DNA of 64,000 bases from Rhodospirillales bacterium. GTDB lineage: Bacteria > Pseudomonadota > Alphaproteobacteria > Bin95. Below, one piece after another: positions 52,461-63,511 of this stretch (position 1 is its first letter; each line of letters opens with the position of its first letter). The DNA is taken from assembly GCA_038143065.1 (NCBI GenBank), contig JAYQLI010000035.1, forward strand, positions 2,792,225 to 2,856,224, written 5' to 3'. The notes below the pieces were generated by a model. The model worked only from the letters and a program-made list of their open reading frames with translations, made no database searches and had not been told where the DNA came from. The translations under genes and the position numbers were made by a program.

Positions 52461-54697
52461 ATGTCGAACACATCGTCTGATCCTATTCTTCTTGATTTAA
52501 CTCGTTTCGAGCGTCCTCCGCTTGAGTTAGCTGATGCGCAGCCTTTCGATCTTGCCTCTAATTTTGCCCCCTCAGGTGACCAACCCAATGCAATCGAAGA
52601 GCTGACTTCCGGATTAAACCAGGGCGAGAGAGATCAGGAGCTCCTTGGTGTTACTGGTTCAGGCAAAACATTTACGGTGGCTCAGGTAATTCAGCATTTG
52701 CAGCGGCCTTCACTAGTCCTAGCACCTAACAAGACCCTGGCCGCTCAACTCTATGCCGAAATGCGAAGTTTCTTTCCCAATAATGCCGTGGAATATTTTG
52801 TTTCCTACTACGACTATTATCAGCCAGAGGCGTATGTGCCTCGCACTGATACGTATGTTGAAAAGGAAGCCTCGATTAATGAAGAGATTGATCGGATGCG
52901 CCACTCTGCAACTCGTGCGCTTCTAGAACGACGAGATACGATCATCGTTGCTTCAGTTTCTTGCATATATGGTATCGGAGCAGTGGAAACCTACTCCGGG
53001 ATGGCGATAGACATAAAAACCGGACATCGATTTGATAGACAGCAATTGTTGAGGAAATTTGTTGAGCTTCAATACCGCCGCAACGATGCTGCATTCTTCA
53101 GAGGTGCCTTCCGTGCCAGGGGTGATACAGTTGAACTTTTTCCTGCGCATCAGGAAGATAGAGCTTGGCGGTTTAGCTTCTTTGGAGATGAGCTGGAATC
53201 GATAAGTGAGTTCGATCCTCTTACCGGTCAGCGGACAGGTGAATTCGAGCGTGTGCGAGTGTATCCTAATAGCCATTATGTCACTCCAAAGCCCACACTT
53301 GACCAGGCGATTAAGGGTATTCGGAAAGAGTTGACTCAAAGGCTTGAAGAGCTCGGCCGCCAAGGAAAACTTCTCGAAGCACAGCGTCTGGAGCAGCGCA
53401 CAAATTTCGATATTGAAATGATGGCTGCTACTGGGTCATGCGCCGGAATTGAAAATTATTCGCGCTATTTAACGGGACGCCCAGCAGGGGCTCCACCACC
53501 AACTCTTTTGAGTACCTTCCAGAAGATGCGCTCTTGTTTGTAGATGAGAGCCACGTAACAGTTCCTCAGGTTGGTGGTATGTATAAAGGAGACTTTGCGC
53601 GTAAGTCCACATTATCGGAGTTCGGCTTTAGACTTCCGTCTTGCGTGGATAATCGGCCATTGAAGTTTGAGGAATGGGAGACGATGCGACCGCAGTCGGT
53701 GTATGTCTCCGCAACTCCTGGTCCATGGGAGTTAGAGAAGACCCAAGGCGTCGTAACAGAACAAGTCGTTCGCCCTACAGGGTTAGTTGATCCACCTACG
53801 ATCATTCGCCCAACAGATAAACAAGTTGACGACTTAATTGATGAATGTCGACAGGCTGCTGCTAAGGGTGAACGCGTCCTTGTTACGACGCTCACTAAGC
53901 GTATGGCGGAAGATCTAACCGAGTATATGCATGAAGCAGGATTGCGTGTGCGTTATATGCATTCAGATGTTGAAACCCTGGAACGTATTGAAATTATTCG
54001 TGATCTTCGGCTTGGAGCGTTTGATATCCTGATAGGAATAAACTTGCTTCGAGAAGGGCTCGACATACCTGAATGTGCCTTAGTAGCAATCTTGGACGCT
54101 GATAAAGAAGGTTATCTTCGGTCTACTACTTCTTTAATACAAACTATTGGTCGTGCTGCCCGCAATGTGGATGGGCGCGTGATTTTATATGCTGACAAAA
54201 CAACCGAAAGCATGGGGAGAGCGCTCGAAGAGACGGAGCGACGCCGAGAACGTCAACTAGCTTACAACAAAGAGCATGGCATCACGCCTGAAACAGTTAG
54301 AAAAGAAATAGCGGATATCCTTCAGACTGTTTACGCTCGTGATAGTCTTACAGTCTCTACAGGATTGGACAATGATGGGCCTCTGACTGGGCATAATCTG
54401 CAAACAACAATTGCAGATCTAGAGAAACAAATGCGTGATGCGGCTGCGGATCTTGAATTTGAAACGGCAGCGCGTCTACGAGATGAAATTAAACGTTTGC
54501 AGTCTTTGGACCTTGGTCTTGAGAATGGCGATGCGGCCAGCTTGAGGTCACGTCCTACCATAAGTACTTCGGTGGATTTGAAGAAACGGCGTTTACCCAA
54601 TTCTAAGCCAAAGGGTGCTGAGGCTGCGATGGACAATGCGACTGGTGCGGCAGGAGCCAGAAAAAAGGCATCTCGAGGAAGGGGAAGGCGTTATTAG
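52461..54697 (+). CDS. uvrB: Excinuclease ABC subunit B (frameshift at T-run near 53508)
   Basis: [48 protein letters not shown] domain. Confidence 0.97.
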
Positions 54698-54823
54698 TCC
54701 GTTCAAGAATGCGAATTTGGCTTCTCCTTTCTTATCCTGACAATTGACTGTTAAGTGCTTTCTTTCATCTATAATTTCCGTATTGTAACCTAATCTTAAA
54801 AAGATCAGACGCTAGGATTTCCT

Positions 54824-55240
54824 ATGAGATTAAAACTTCATCACATTAATCTGGTGCATACTTCTGTGCCTGAGCTAGACGCGTTCTACCGAGATATTTT
54901 GGATCTCAAAGATGAACCTGGGATGTCAGAGAAGCGTAAACTAGATGAAGGTTATCCTGGGGATGTTTCTTTTATGACGGATGGAAACATCCAGATGCAT
55001 TTGGCAGAAAAAGACCTAAAGATTGGTTTCCGAACCGGTCAGGCTGTAAACCCAGTGGAGCGGGGACATATCGCATTTCGGACGGATGATATGGATGCTT
55101 TCATCGCGCGTTTAGAAGAAAAGGGTGTTCCCTATTCTGACTTTGGTGACTGGGCTATGACTGGTTGGCGACAAATCTTTTTCTATGACCCTGCTGGTTA
55201 TGTCGTTGAGGTCCATCAAGTTGATGGCGAGGATTTTTAA
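54824..55240 (+). CDS. VOC/glyoxalase-family protein
   Basis: LHHINL, FYRDIL, GHIAFR, QIFFYDPAGYVVE. Confidence 0.9.
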   Translation: MRLKLHHINLVHTSVPELDAFYRDILDLKDEPGMSEKRKLDEGYPGDVSFMTDGNIQMHLAEKDLKIGFRTGQAVNPVERGHIAFRTDDMDAFIARLEEKGVPYSDFGDWAMTGWRQIFFYDPAGYVVEVHQVDGEDF

Positions 55241-55423
55241 AGTTTTAACTGACACCAAGCTTAAGAGTGTTTGATCTTTGGCAGAGAATTAAAAGCTTTA
55301 GATGGCTTTGTGTTGATGGAGAAAATTTCCCATAATCGCTTTTAGATTACCTCTTTTGGGGTTTATCGTCGTGTTACGTGGGATAGAAGCTTAAGACACA
55401 GGATAATAAGAAGGGCCGAGAAA

Positions 55424-55639
55424 ATGGCGACTGAAATAGAATTAGAAACTGATGGCAATGTCTGGAAATTACTCGTGGCTGAGGGCGATACTGTCGAAGA
55501 AGGTCAAATGTTATTCATAATGGAAGTTATGAAGATGGAAGTACCCTACGAAGCACCTCACGCCGGCGTGGTAAAAGATCTTGAGATTGCGGAAGGGGAT
55601 GCTGTCAAAGAAGGTGATATAGCGATGGTTATTAGCTAA
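55424..55639 (+). CDS. Stand-alone biotin carrier domain protein
   Basis: GNVWK..VAEGDTV..EVMKME biotinylation motif; 71 aa. Confidence 0.88.
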   Translation: MATEIELETDGNVWKLLVAEGDTVEEGQMLFIMEVMKMEVPYEAPHAGVVKDLEIAEGDAVKEGDIAMVIS

Positions 55640-55691
55640 TTCTCTGTAGTCGACTATTTTTCCTAAAGTAATCTAAGATTTATGAAATTCA

Positions 55692-56672
55692 TTATTTTCT
55701 AAAGTCTCTCAGAAGCGGTAACACTTCTGTAGAAAATCTTTCTAACTGCTCACCACGCCGTTCATACACGCCTGCAATGTCTAGGGTGATATGGCGAACG
55801 CCAGCTTCATAAAAATTTCGGATTGCTTCTGCCACATCTTGCGGTGTGCCGATCGCGCCGTATCTTTTCGCAGCAGGTCTCATATTCATATTATAACGTG
55901 TTGAGAGATGATCAGCTGCTTCATCTAATGCACTTTCATAGTCGTCGGACACACGGGCGAAGAGCAAATGGCCAGTGCCAAATGGGGAGAATGATCTCCC
56001 AACCTCCTCGGCAGTCTCTTTAATTAAGGCTAATCCATCGCGATACATGTCAGACGTGATGGCATAGGAGTGCCATCCGTCACCAATCCTTGCTGCGCGG
56101 CGGAGCGCGGGTTTTGAACGACCACCACACCAGATTGGTGGACCACCTTTTTGCCAAGGAGTCGGCCGCATAGCCACATTTTCAAATTTCAAAAATGGAC
56201 TTTCATGAGTGACCGGAGCGCCAGACCAAAATTTTTTCAGTACTCTTATTCCATCAGAAAGCCTTGCGCCACGCTCGGAGTGAGGGATCCCAGATGCTTC
56301 ATATTCTTTCGGGAATTCTCCACCCACACCAACACCAAAAATCAGCCTCCCTTCGGTCATTAGGTCTAAGGTGGAGACTTGCTTTGCTACTGGCGCAAAA
56401 TTTCGGAGTGGTAGGAGATAAACACCCACTCCGAAGGTTAGTCTTCTGCTTATAACGGCTGCTTGCGCAATTTGCTGCAAGGGATCAAGAAAAGGTATAG
56501 GCATTGAAATGTGATCGCCTACCCAGAGACTATCAAAATCGCATCGATCGACCTGTTCAACCATCTGCACGAGTTCATCTATCTTTGGGAGCCAGGGCCC
56601 TTCAGCGGGCTCGCTACGACGATGCATTGTATTAACGCCAATTTTGAGTTTAGGCTCTAGCTCGAACAGCAT
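55692..56672 (-). CDS. LLM-class flavin-dependent oxidoreductase
   Basis: DSLWVGDH, GVGVGGEFPKEY, PPIWCGG, RAARIGDGW. Confidence 0.88.
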   Translation of the reverse strand: MLFELEPKLKIGVNTMHRRSEPAEGPWLPKIDELVQMVEQVDRCDFDSLWVGDHISMPIPFLDPLQQIAQAAVISRRLTFGVGVYLLPLRNFAPVAKQVSTLDLMTEGRLIFGVGVGGEFPKEYEASGIPHSERGARLSDGIRVLKKFWSGAPVTHESPFLKFENVAMRPTPWQKGGPPIWCGGRSKPALRRAARIGDGWHSYAITSDMYRDGLALIKETAEEVGRSFSPFGTGHLLFARVSDDYESALDEAADHLSTRYNMNMRPAAKRYGAIGTPQDVAEAIRNFYEAGVRHITLDIAGVYERRGEQLERFSTEVLPLLRDFRK

Positions 56673-56675
56673 GGA

Positions 56676-57912
56676 TTAGTTCCCCAAATGTACTACGTCG
56701 TGGTTTGCTAACCTCGTTATTTGGTCTGGGTCATACTGCAGCACCTCCGCTAAAATTTGGGCGGTATGTTGGCCCACCATTGGAGCTGCTACAGGATCGG
56801 CTACTGGAGTACTTCCAAATAGAAAAGGTGGGGAAATATTGGGCACATGGCCATCGCCACTTGCTGCGGGGATGCTAGACACCCGATCTCGATCGATGAT
56901 CTCAGGCGATGAAAAGACTTCTTGTAAGTCTCTAACTTCTCCTACTGGCACGCCAAGAGGCTGCATTAGTTTTAGCCATTCGGCTCTTGTTTTTGTATTG
57001 AATATGGGGCGCAGGATCTCGGCAAGTTTTAACTTGTTTGGAATTCGGTTCTTCCCCTCGGCATAGTCTGGATGTTCAGCAAGATCTGGGCGGCCCAGCA
57101 CTTCATTGGCGAGGCGATGAAAAGAGCGGTCATTTGCGCAAGAAATATAAATTGGACCATCCGCAGTTTCAAAGACGTCCATTGGAGCACTGTCTGGGCT
57201 TGAATTCCCAAAGCGGCTAGGGACACTGCCAGTCATAAGGTGCAACATGGAGTGAAAACCAGACATCAATACAGCTGTGTCAAATAAAGAAACCTCAACG
57301 TATTGACCTTCACCAATACGTTCTCGAGCCATCAGTGCGCCTAAAATTGTGTTTGAAGCCATCATTGCAGTAGACATATCCATAATAGCTGGCCCGGACC
57401 TTGTCGGAGGTCCATTGGGGGGAGCCCGTTAGACTCATGAAACCACTCTCTGCTTGGGCAACTGGATCAAAGCCAAGACGATTGGCTGCAGGGCCTGTAC
57501 GGCCGTATGCAGAAACAGCACAGTAAATCAAACGTGGATTTTGATCTCTTAAAGATGAATAGTCCAATCTGAATTTTTGCATGACACCAGCAGAAAAATT
57601 CTCAACTACAACATCGGATTTGGCAGCGAGTTCACGGGCAATTTCTTGCCCTTCTAGCTTGGTGAGGTCGAGGGCAATGCTTTTTTTATTTCGGTTCGTC
57701 CAAACAAATGGTGGACCCATTCCATCTTTTTGAGGGCCGAAAGTTCGAAAGTCATCGCCACGGCCCGGCTTCTCAACCTTGATTACCTCCGCTCCCATGT
57801 CAGCAAGAAACATCGTGGCTAGTGGGCCAGCGATAAAATGTGTGAATTCGAGGATTCTTATTCCTTCAAGCGCCAATGGCGCTTCTGAGGGGCGCTGGAT
57901 TGGGGGGAGCAA
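56676..57912 (-). CDS. CaiB/BaiF family III CoA transferase (frameshift near 57420)
   Basis: LEGIRILE, AGP, GAEVIKVE, NRNKKS, DVVVENF, GQHTAQIL. Confidence 0.92.
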
Positions 57913-58048
57913 AACTTGGCGCCTGATTTTTCAAGATTACGATCTATTCCGCACTAAATTAATAACCGTTGCAGTTTTATAGTTTCATGAAATTGCGTAT
58001 TATGCCTAGTTTCAGATGTGGAAACAAATAAAATTGGGGCAAAATAAG

Positions 58049-58399
58049 ATGAACGGGTTTTGCTGGTGAAACAGAATTTAGAAATTTTGCAGAAAAGGAA
58101 GGGTTTCGGGAACCAGAGGTGCGGTCGCAGATTTAGGCTGTTCAGGCACCCGGACGCTTTTTGAAAATCATGCCCATGAAGATGACTTAATTGTGCTCGT
58201 AACTTCCGGGTCAGTCACTGTCGACTATGGTGAGATGCCAGATGGTGGTAGTTTGTCTGCAAAAGACTTTACACCTTTAATCCAGGTGATATGCTCCTTT
58301 TGCGAGGTGAAGCACGGTATTACTCATACCGATGCGATGGGACCTGATGGAGCAAGTTACATTCTCGCATGGCGAACACCGTCCAGAATTAGTTCATAG
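58049..58399 (+). pseudogene. Disrupted small cupin-like gene
   Basis: Fragments in different frames: EFRNFAEKEGFREPEVR, FENHAHEDDLIVLVTSGSVTV, FNPGDM, CEVKHGITHTDAMGPDGASY. Confidence 0.55.
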
Positions 58400-58408
58400 A
58401 ATGTAAGT

Positions 58409-58915
58409 TTATGTATCCGAGGGTGGCATTTTTGCCCGACCAAATGATCCTCGCTTCGGCTCTTGTTCTTCCTCGGATTGGGCTGAATGCCCTTCAGTAT
58501 GCTGTCCTGAACCCCACGGATCTAACTGATTGTTAGGGGTTAGGCGATCTGCTCGAATTGTCGATGTTGTTTTGCTACCTTTTTGAGAGGTTGATTGGTT
58601 AACTATTACTGCGGTGCCGCTAGACACGACCATCAACATGGAACCTCTGTCACCAACGACTTCATAATCAAGATCGACCCCAACAATGGCATTGGCACCC
58701 ATCTGTAGGGCCTGAGCTTTCATCTCAGTGATGGCAGTATCCTTTCCATCACGGATAATTGTTTCATAGGAGCCCGATCTTCCTCCTACGATATCTCGAA
58801 CATTGGCAAATACATCACGCACAATATTAGCGCCAATAATGGCTTCTCCTGTACAGATACCAAGATACTCAATGATGTTATGTCCATCGATAGAGCTAGT
58901 GGTTGTGACTATCAT
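58409..58915 (-). CDS. YbjQ/UPF0145-family protein with C-terminal extension
   Basis: [43 protein letters not shown]. Confidence 0.9.
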   Translation of the reverse strand: MIVTTTSSIDGHNIIEYLGICTGEAIIGANIVRDVFANVRDIVGGRSGSYETIIRDGKDTAITEMKAQALQMGANAIVGVDLDYEVVGDRGSMLMVVSSGTAVIVNQSTSQKGSKTTSTIRADRLTPNNQLDPWGSGQHTEGHSAQSEEEQEPKRGSFGRAKMPPSDT

Positions 58916-58971
58916 TCTGCGGTTCCTTTCCACCATAAAAAGGTCAATGAGTTTTCTACGCGCGTCGGTTC

Positions 58972-59887
58972 TTAGGTCACCTTGGATATACCAACAGCGA
59001 GCCTATCCAAGTTTCTAAGGATTTCACACATCTCAGAAATGCATGATTTCCACGGCATATTGACGCGCGCAATGGCGTTTCATCTCTTGATGCAGGTGGT
59101 GCCTCAACAATAACGCGAGAAACTCCAGCGTCTCTATATTTAGTCCATTGGTCTGGATCTGGTTCGACCAAACAGCATGTAAGTGGCACGTCTCGCCCAT
59201 ATTCTTGTTTCATCCGCTCCCATGCACCGACTTTATCAAGGATATGGTAGTCGGGACGGATCGAATTTGGCATCCACCCGTCACCATATTCCAACGCTCG
59301 CTTCGCTGCGTGGGGCCATCCACCACCAATCAAAATTGGTGGATGAGGGGTCTGTTTTGGTTTTGGCCAAGTCATCATTGGATCAAAATTTACGAACTTC
59401 CCGTGATACTCTGGTTTAGTTTTGGTCCAAATTTCCTGCATCGCTTCGATCCGTTCGCGCGAAAGCGAAAGTCGTGTTTTAAAATTTGTTCCATGATTTT
59501 CAATCTCGTCCTGGTTCCAGCCAACTCCGGACCCAAAAATAAATCGACCATTAGAGAGGTGATCAACAGTAGCGACACGATCTGCTCGAATTGTCGACGT
59601 TTTGCAGTTTGGATTGGATCTCTCTGAGAAACGATGCAAATGCCTGTAGCAACCTTTAGTCGCGCAGTTGCAACTGCAGCTGCAGCAATCAGGGGGAATG
59701 GGTCCATGCAATCATAATAACGTTTGGGGAGATCTCCACCTGCTGGGTACTGGGATCTGCGCGAAATCGGGATGTGACTATGTTCTGGTATCCAGAGGCT
59801 TTCGAAACTACGTTCCTCCAATGCTTCAGCAAGTTCAGTCACTGGTAAAGCATAGTCAGTCATGAACATCAGAACACCGACTTTCAT
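58972..59887 (-). CDS. LLM-class (putative F420-dependent) oxidoreductase interrupted by a 20-bp and a 56-bp insertion
   Basis: [20 protein letters not shown]|[36 protein letters not shown]; removing both inserts restores one frame ending [17 protein letters not shown]. Confidence 0.82.
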
Positions 59888-59955
59888 ATCAAAACCCCCT
59901 AGTTTCTGTCTTTTCCCATAGGATTGTCCGGACTAATGATAGAAAGATCAAATCG

Positions 59956-60843
59956 ATGAAATTCTGCTTGCATTTTGGTAACATTACTTTGCCTAACCCT
60001 GAGGATGCGCGTCGAATTATGCAAGCTGCAGAGGCGGCTGGTTTTGAATCAGTAATTGCGGTTGAGCATGTGGTTATTCCGACTAATTACAAAACTGAAT
60101 ATCCATATTCGGAGTCAGGACGCCTTCCTGGTGGGGTTGATATGGCATGGCCCGATCCTCTTGCCTGGTTGACCTATGTTGGAGCAATTACGAAAAAATT
60201 GAAGTTAATTACGGGGGTTCTCGTGCTCCCGCAGCGAAACCCCGTTGTACTTGCTAAGCATCTTGCCACGATTGATTTTATGACTGGCGGTCGTCTCGAG
60301 CTTGGGGTGGGAGTGGGCTGGCTCAGAGAAGAGTTCGAAGCAATTGGAGTGCCGTTTGATGGACGCGGAGTGCGCACTGATGAGTATATCGGTGCAATGC
60401 GTGCACTATGGGATGCCGATGATGCTACCTATTCCGGAAGGTATGTGGATTTTAAGGGCATGAGCTGTAACCCAAAGCCAATTGCTGGGCGGGTACCGCT
60501 CATTGTTGGTGGAAACTCTAAATTTGCAATCCGTCGTGCAGGAAGGCTTGGCGATGGATACTTCCCAGCTACAGGAGGACCGTCGATTGATGTTGGAGTG
60601 TTGATCCGTGAGATGAGATCGGAGGCATTGAATTGTGGACGTGACCCTGACGCTATCGCTGTGATGGCCGGGTGCCCGGATGCACTACCAGGTTCAGGAA
60701 AGGACCAAATGGCTGCTGTTGCTGAAAAAGCGGATATAGGTGTTTCTCGTGTTGTATTGCCGCTTACAGCTTTTGAAGCGGATTTAGAGAATAACCTTTC
60801 AGAGTTTGGTGAGAAGGTAATCAAAAAATTTGATGCCAACTAG
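59956..60843 (+). CDS. LLM-class (putative F420-dependent) oxidoreductase
   Basis: EHVVIP...YPYSESG, VLVLPQRNPVVLAK, GVGVGWLREEF, RAGRLGDGYFP. Confidence 0.9.
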   Translation: MKFCLHFGNITLPNPEDARRIMQAAEAAGFESVIAVEHVVIPTNYKTEYPYSESGRLPGGVDMAWPDPLAWLTYVGAITKKLKLITGVLVLPQRNPVVLAKHLATIDFMTGGRLELGVGVGWLREEFEAIGVPFDGRGVRTDEYIGAMRALWDADDATYSGRYVDFKGMSCNPKPIAGRVPLIVGGNSKFAIRRAGRLGDGYFPATGGPSIDVGVLIREMRSEALNCGRDPDAIAVMAGCPDALPGSGKDQMAAVAEKADIGVSRVVLPLTAFEADLENNLSEFGEKVIKKFDAN

Positions 60844-61024
60844 AAATTTTGTTTTTGGCTTCGTTACTAATGACTATTGCGCAAGCCCAAAGTTTTTTTG
60901 TTTCATCAGCTCGTATATTCTTTTTACAAGACTAGACTCTCACGAGTACGAAAGATCTAATTGTCAGACGAAAACCAATCTTTATCATCATCAGCTCAGC
61001 AACATTTAAGTCGGGGGATTAGAA

Positions 61025-62227
61025 ATGGACGCTCAATTTACTACGGAAGAGCTAGCTTTCCGTGATGAAGTACGTTCATTTTTTAAAGCTGAATTACCTG
61101 AGCGAATACGCATCCAAACTGCAGTAGCTGCATCTTATGTAAGCAAGGAATATACGCGCGAATGGCACCAAATCCTCGCAAATAAGGGATGGGTAGCACC
61201 AAACTGGCCAGTCGAGCACGGCGGTACTGGATGGAATGCAACTCAAAAACATATTTTTGAGGAAGAGTATCAGGCAGCCCAGGCTCCCCGGCTCTCACCA
61301 TTTGGCCTTGTTATGGTTGGTCCTGTGATCATGGCATTTGGGACAGATGAACAAAAAGCGGAACATCTTCCCAAAATTTTATCTGGTGAAAGGTTCTGGT
61401 GTCAGGGGTACTCGGAGCCAGGCTCTGGCTCAGACCTTGCTAGCCTGAAAACACGAGCAGTTCGTGAGGAAGACGAATACGTCGTCAACGGACAAAAAAT
61501 ATGGACTAGTCACGCTCATCACGCTGATTGGATTTTTGCGCTGGTCCGCACATCTGCGGAGGGAAAAAAGCAAGAGGGGATCTCCTTTCTTCTTATTGAT
61601 TTAAAAACGCCTGGCATCGAAGTGCGCCCTATTATTTCTATTGATGGTGGGCATTACCTTAACGAGGTATTTTTTACAGACGTTCGTGTTCCGGTCAGCA
61701 ATAGAATAGGGGAAGAAAATAAGGGCTGGACGTATGCAAAATTTCTCCTTGGAAATGAACGTTCCGGTGTTGCTGGAGTAGGAAAATCTAAAGAAAAATT
61801 TTTGCGGATAGTTTCTGCAGCAAAGGAAGCCCGGGGTAACGATGGCGGTTCGCTTTGGGATGACTCAAACTTTCGTGGCCGCCTTCTAGAAATCAACGCT
61901 AAGTTGCTAGCACACGAGAATACCAATTTGAGAATGTTGGCTCGCGAAGTAGCAGGGGGGACCGTTGGGCCCGAGGCTTCTCAACTTAAGATCAACGGAT
62001 CAGAAATTGAGCAAGCACTTAATGAGTTATTGGTCGAGGCAACTGGCATACACGCGGCTCCGTATGACCGAGATACACTTCGAGTAGATTCAAACTCAGA
62101 ACTTGTTGGTCCGGAATTTGGCCGTGGTGCAATGACTGAACATTTGCTGCGTCGTGCGGCTTCGATTTATGGCGGAACTAATGAAATACAGCGCGATATC
62201 ATAGCTAAACATGTTTTAGGGCTTTGA
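61025..62227 (+). CDS. Acyl-CoA dehydrogenase (pimeloyl-CoA dehydrogenase large subunit-like)
   Basis: WCQGYSEPGSGSDLASL, NGQKIWTS, NEVFF, SIYGGTNEIQR. Confidence 0.93.
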   Translation: MDAQFTTEELAFRDEVRSFFKAELPERIRIQTAVAASYVSKEYTREWHQILANKGWVAPNWPVEHGGTGWNATQKHIFEEEYQAAQAPRLSPFGLVMVGPVIMAFGTDEQKAEHLPKILSGERFWCQGYSEPGSGSDLASLKTRAVREEDEYVVNGQKIWTSHAHHADWIFALVRTSAEGKKQEGISFLLIDLKTPGIEVRPIISIDGGHYLNEVFFTDVRVPVSNRIGEENKGWTYAKFLLGNERSGVAGVGKSKEKFLRIVSAAKEARGNDGGSLWDDSNFRGRLLEINAKLLAHENTNLRMLAREVAGGTVGPEASQLKINGSEIEQALNELLVEATGIHAAPYDRDTLRVDSNSELVGPEFGRGAMTEHLLRRAASIYGGTNEIQRDIIAKHVLGL

Positions 62228-62280
62228 TGCGCGGATTAAATGTTGGATTAAATTACTGAGGATGGGGTCGACATTGTGCG

Positions 62281-63426
62281 CTAGAAGCTAATGCTGAGGC
62301 TGAGATTGGAATACAACGCAGGCGCATGTTCATGAGCACTTTGAACGGGGTTTATGTAAAGAGCTAAGTCAGCTCGCCAATTTTCCCAGTTGAAGCCAAA
62401 ACCTGCAGTGGGAACAAACGGTATATCAAAGTCTAAATCTTCTGTTTGCTCGGACTCAAACTTTATGGGGATCATTGCTCCTAGCCTCAATGCTAAGAAC
62501 TCCGAATAGTTATATTCAGCTCCAATCCGAACCATTTGCAGATCTAGGGCATCTGAGCCGTAATCTCCTTTAAAAATCTCATATTCCCCAGTTACAAGCA
62601 GATTGTCCGACAGGTTGTATCCAACTCCTACAAGCCCTTTGATCGGAAACGAAAGCTCGTGATGCTCAGTTCTGGTTCCCAAGTCATCTGTTGTGGTGAC
62701 GTCTGAGGTAAGATCGCTACCGAGGTCAGTAAAAGATGCGCCAATGCTTAGGTCTGGATTTGGTTTAAGCAATAAGCTTAAACCGAAACTTGTCGCCCTA
62801 GCTTCGGTCGAAGCAATCGTAAACCCATTAGAAGTGGCGGTGGTTCCGCAAAAATTGGTCTTGCAATCTATATAGTCGAAGTTGAACCCAATTGCCCAAA
62901 AATCGCTATCGCCTGGTCGTGCAGATAAGGCGAGACGATAGACCTTTGTCTTGCTCTCCAGGTCTCCATCAAAAGTTCCATCCAGATCCGGTAGGAGATA
63001 ACGCAGGAAAATGCTTTCAAAATCGTTTTCTGAAAATGCTCCAGACGCACGGGCGTGGACTCTGGGATAAAAAGCAAAACCGATTGCTGTTTTGAGTCCG
63101 GTGAGATCTTCTGTAGGGAGGAGAGTGTAGCGCCTAAATAGCTAACCAGTCTAAGCTCAGCATTTAATTGCCTGTCTACCGCTAACTCGGCTGCAGAGTC
63201 TACATTCATTCCTGCCGGGTTGTAGAAGACAGCGTATGCATCCTCAGTACTAGCAACACCAACTCCTCCCATGGCGTTGTGCCTTGCTCCGACTCCGGCC
63301 CCCGTATCAGAGCCTTCAGCTATGCAAAGCTTTGGGCCCTTGCAGCTGAAGCCAGCGATAACAGGCTGAAAAAACTGTCATTACTAACAAAGCAATGAAA
63401 TTAATTTTTCTTAATAAAGAATACAT
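62281..63426 (-). CDS. FadL/PorV-like outer membrane beta-barrel protein, multiple frameshifts
   Basis: Signal-like N-terminus, GARHNAMGGVGVASTEDAYAVFYNPAG, alternating beta-strands, terminal LSLSISF. Confidence 0.72.
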
Positions 63427-63511
63427 CTCTCTCAAATGCAGAAGGTACTTTTCAGTATGATCCTGGGTTCGCAATAAAATATAGAGTTTAATGCTTTGCA
63501 ATTCAGAACTT

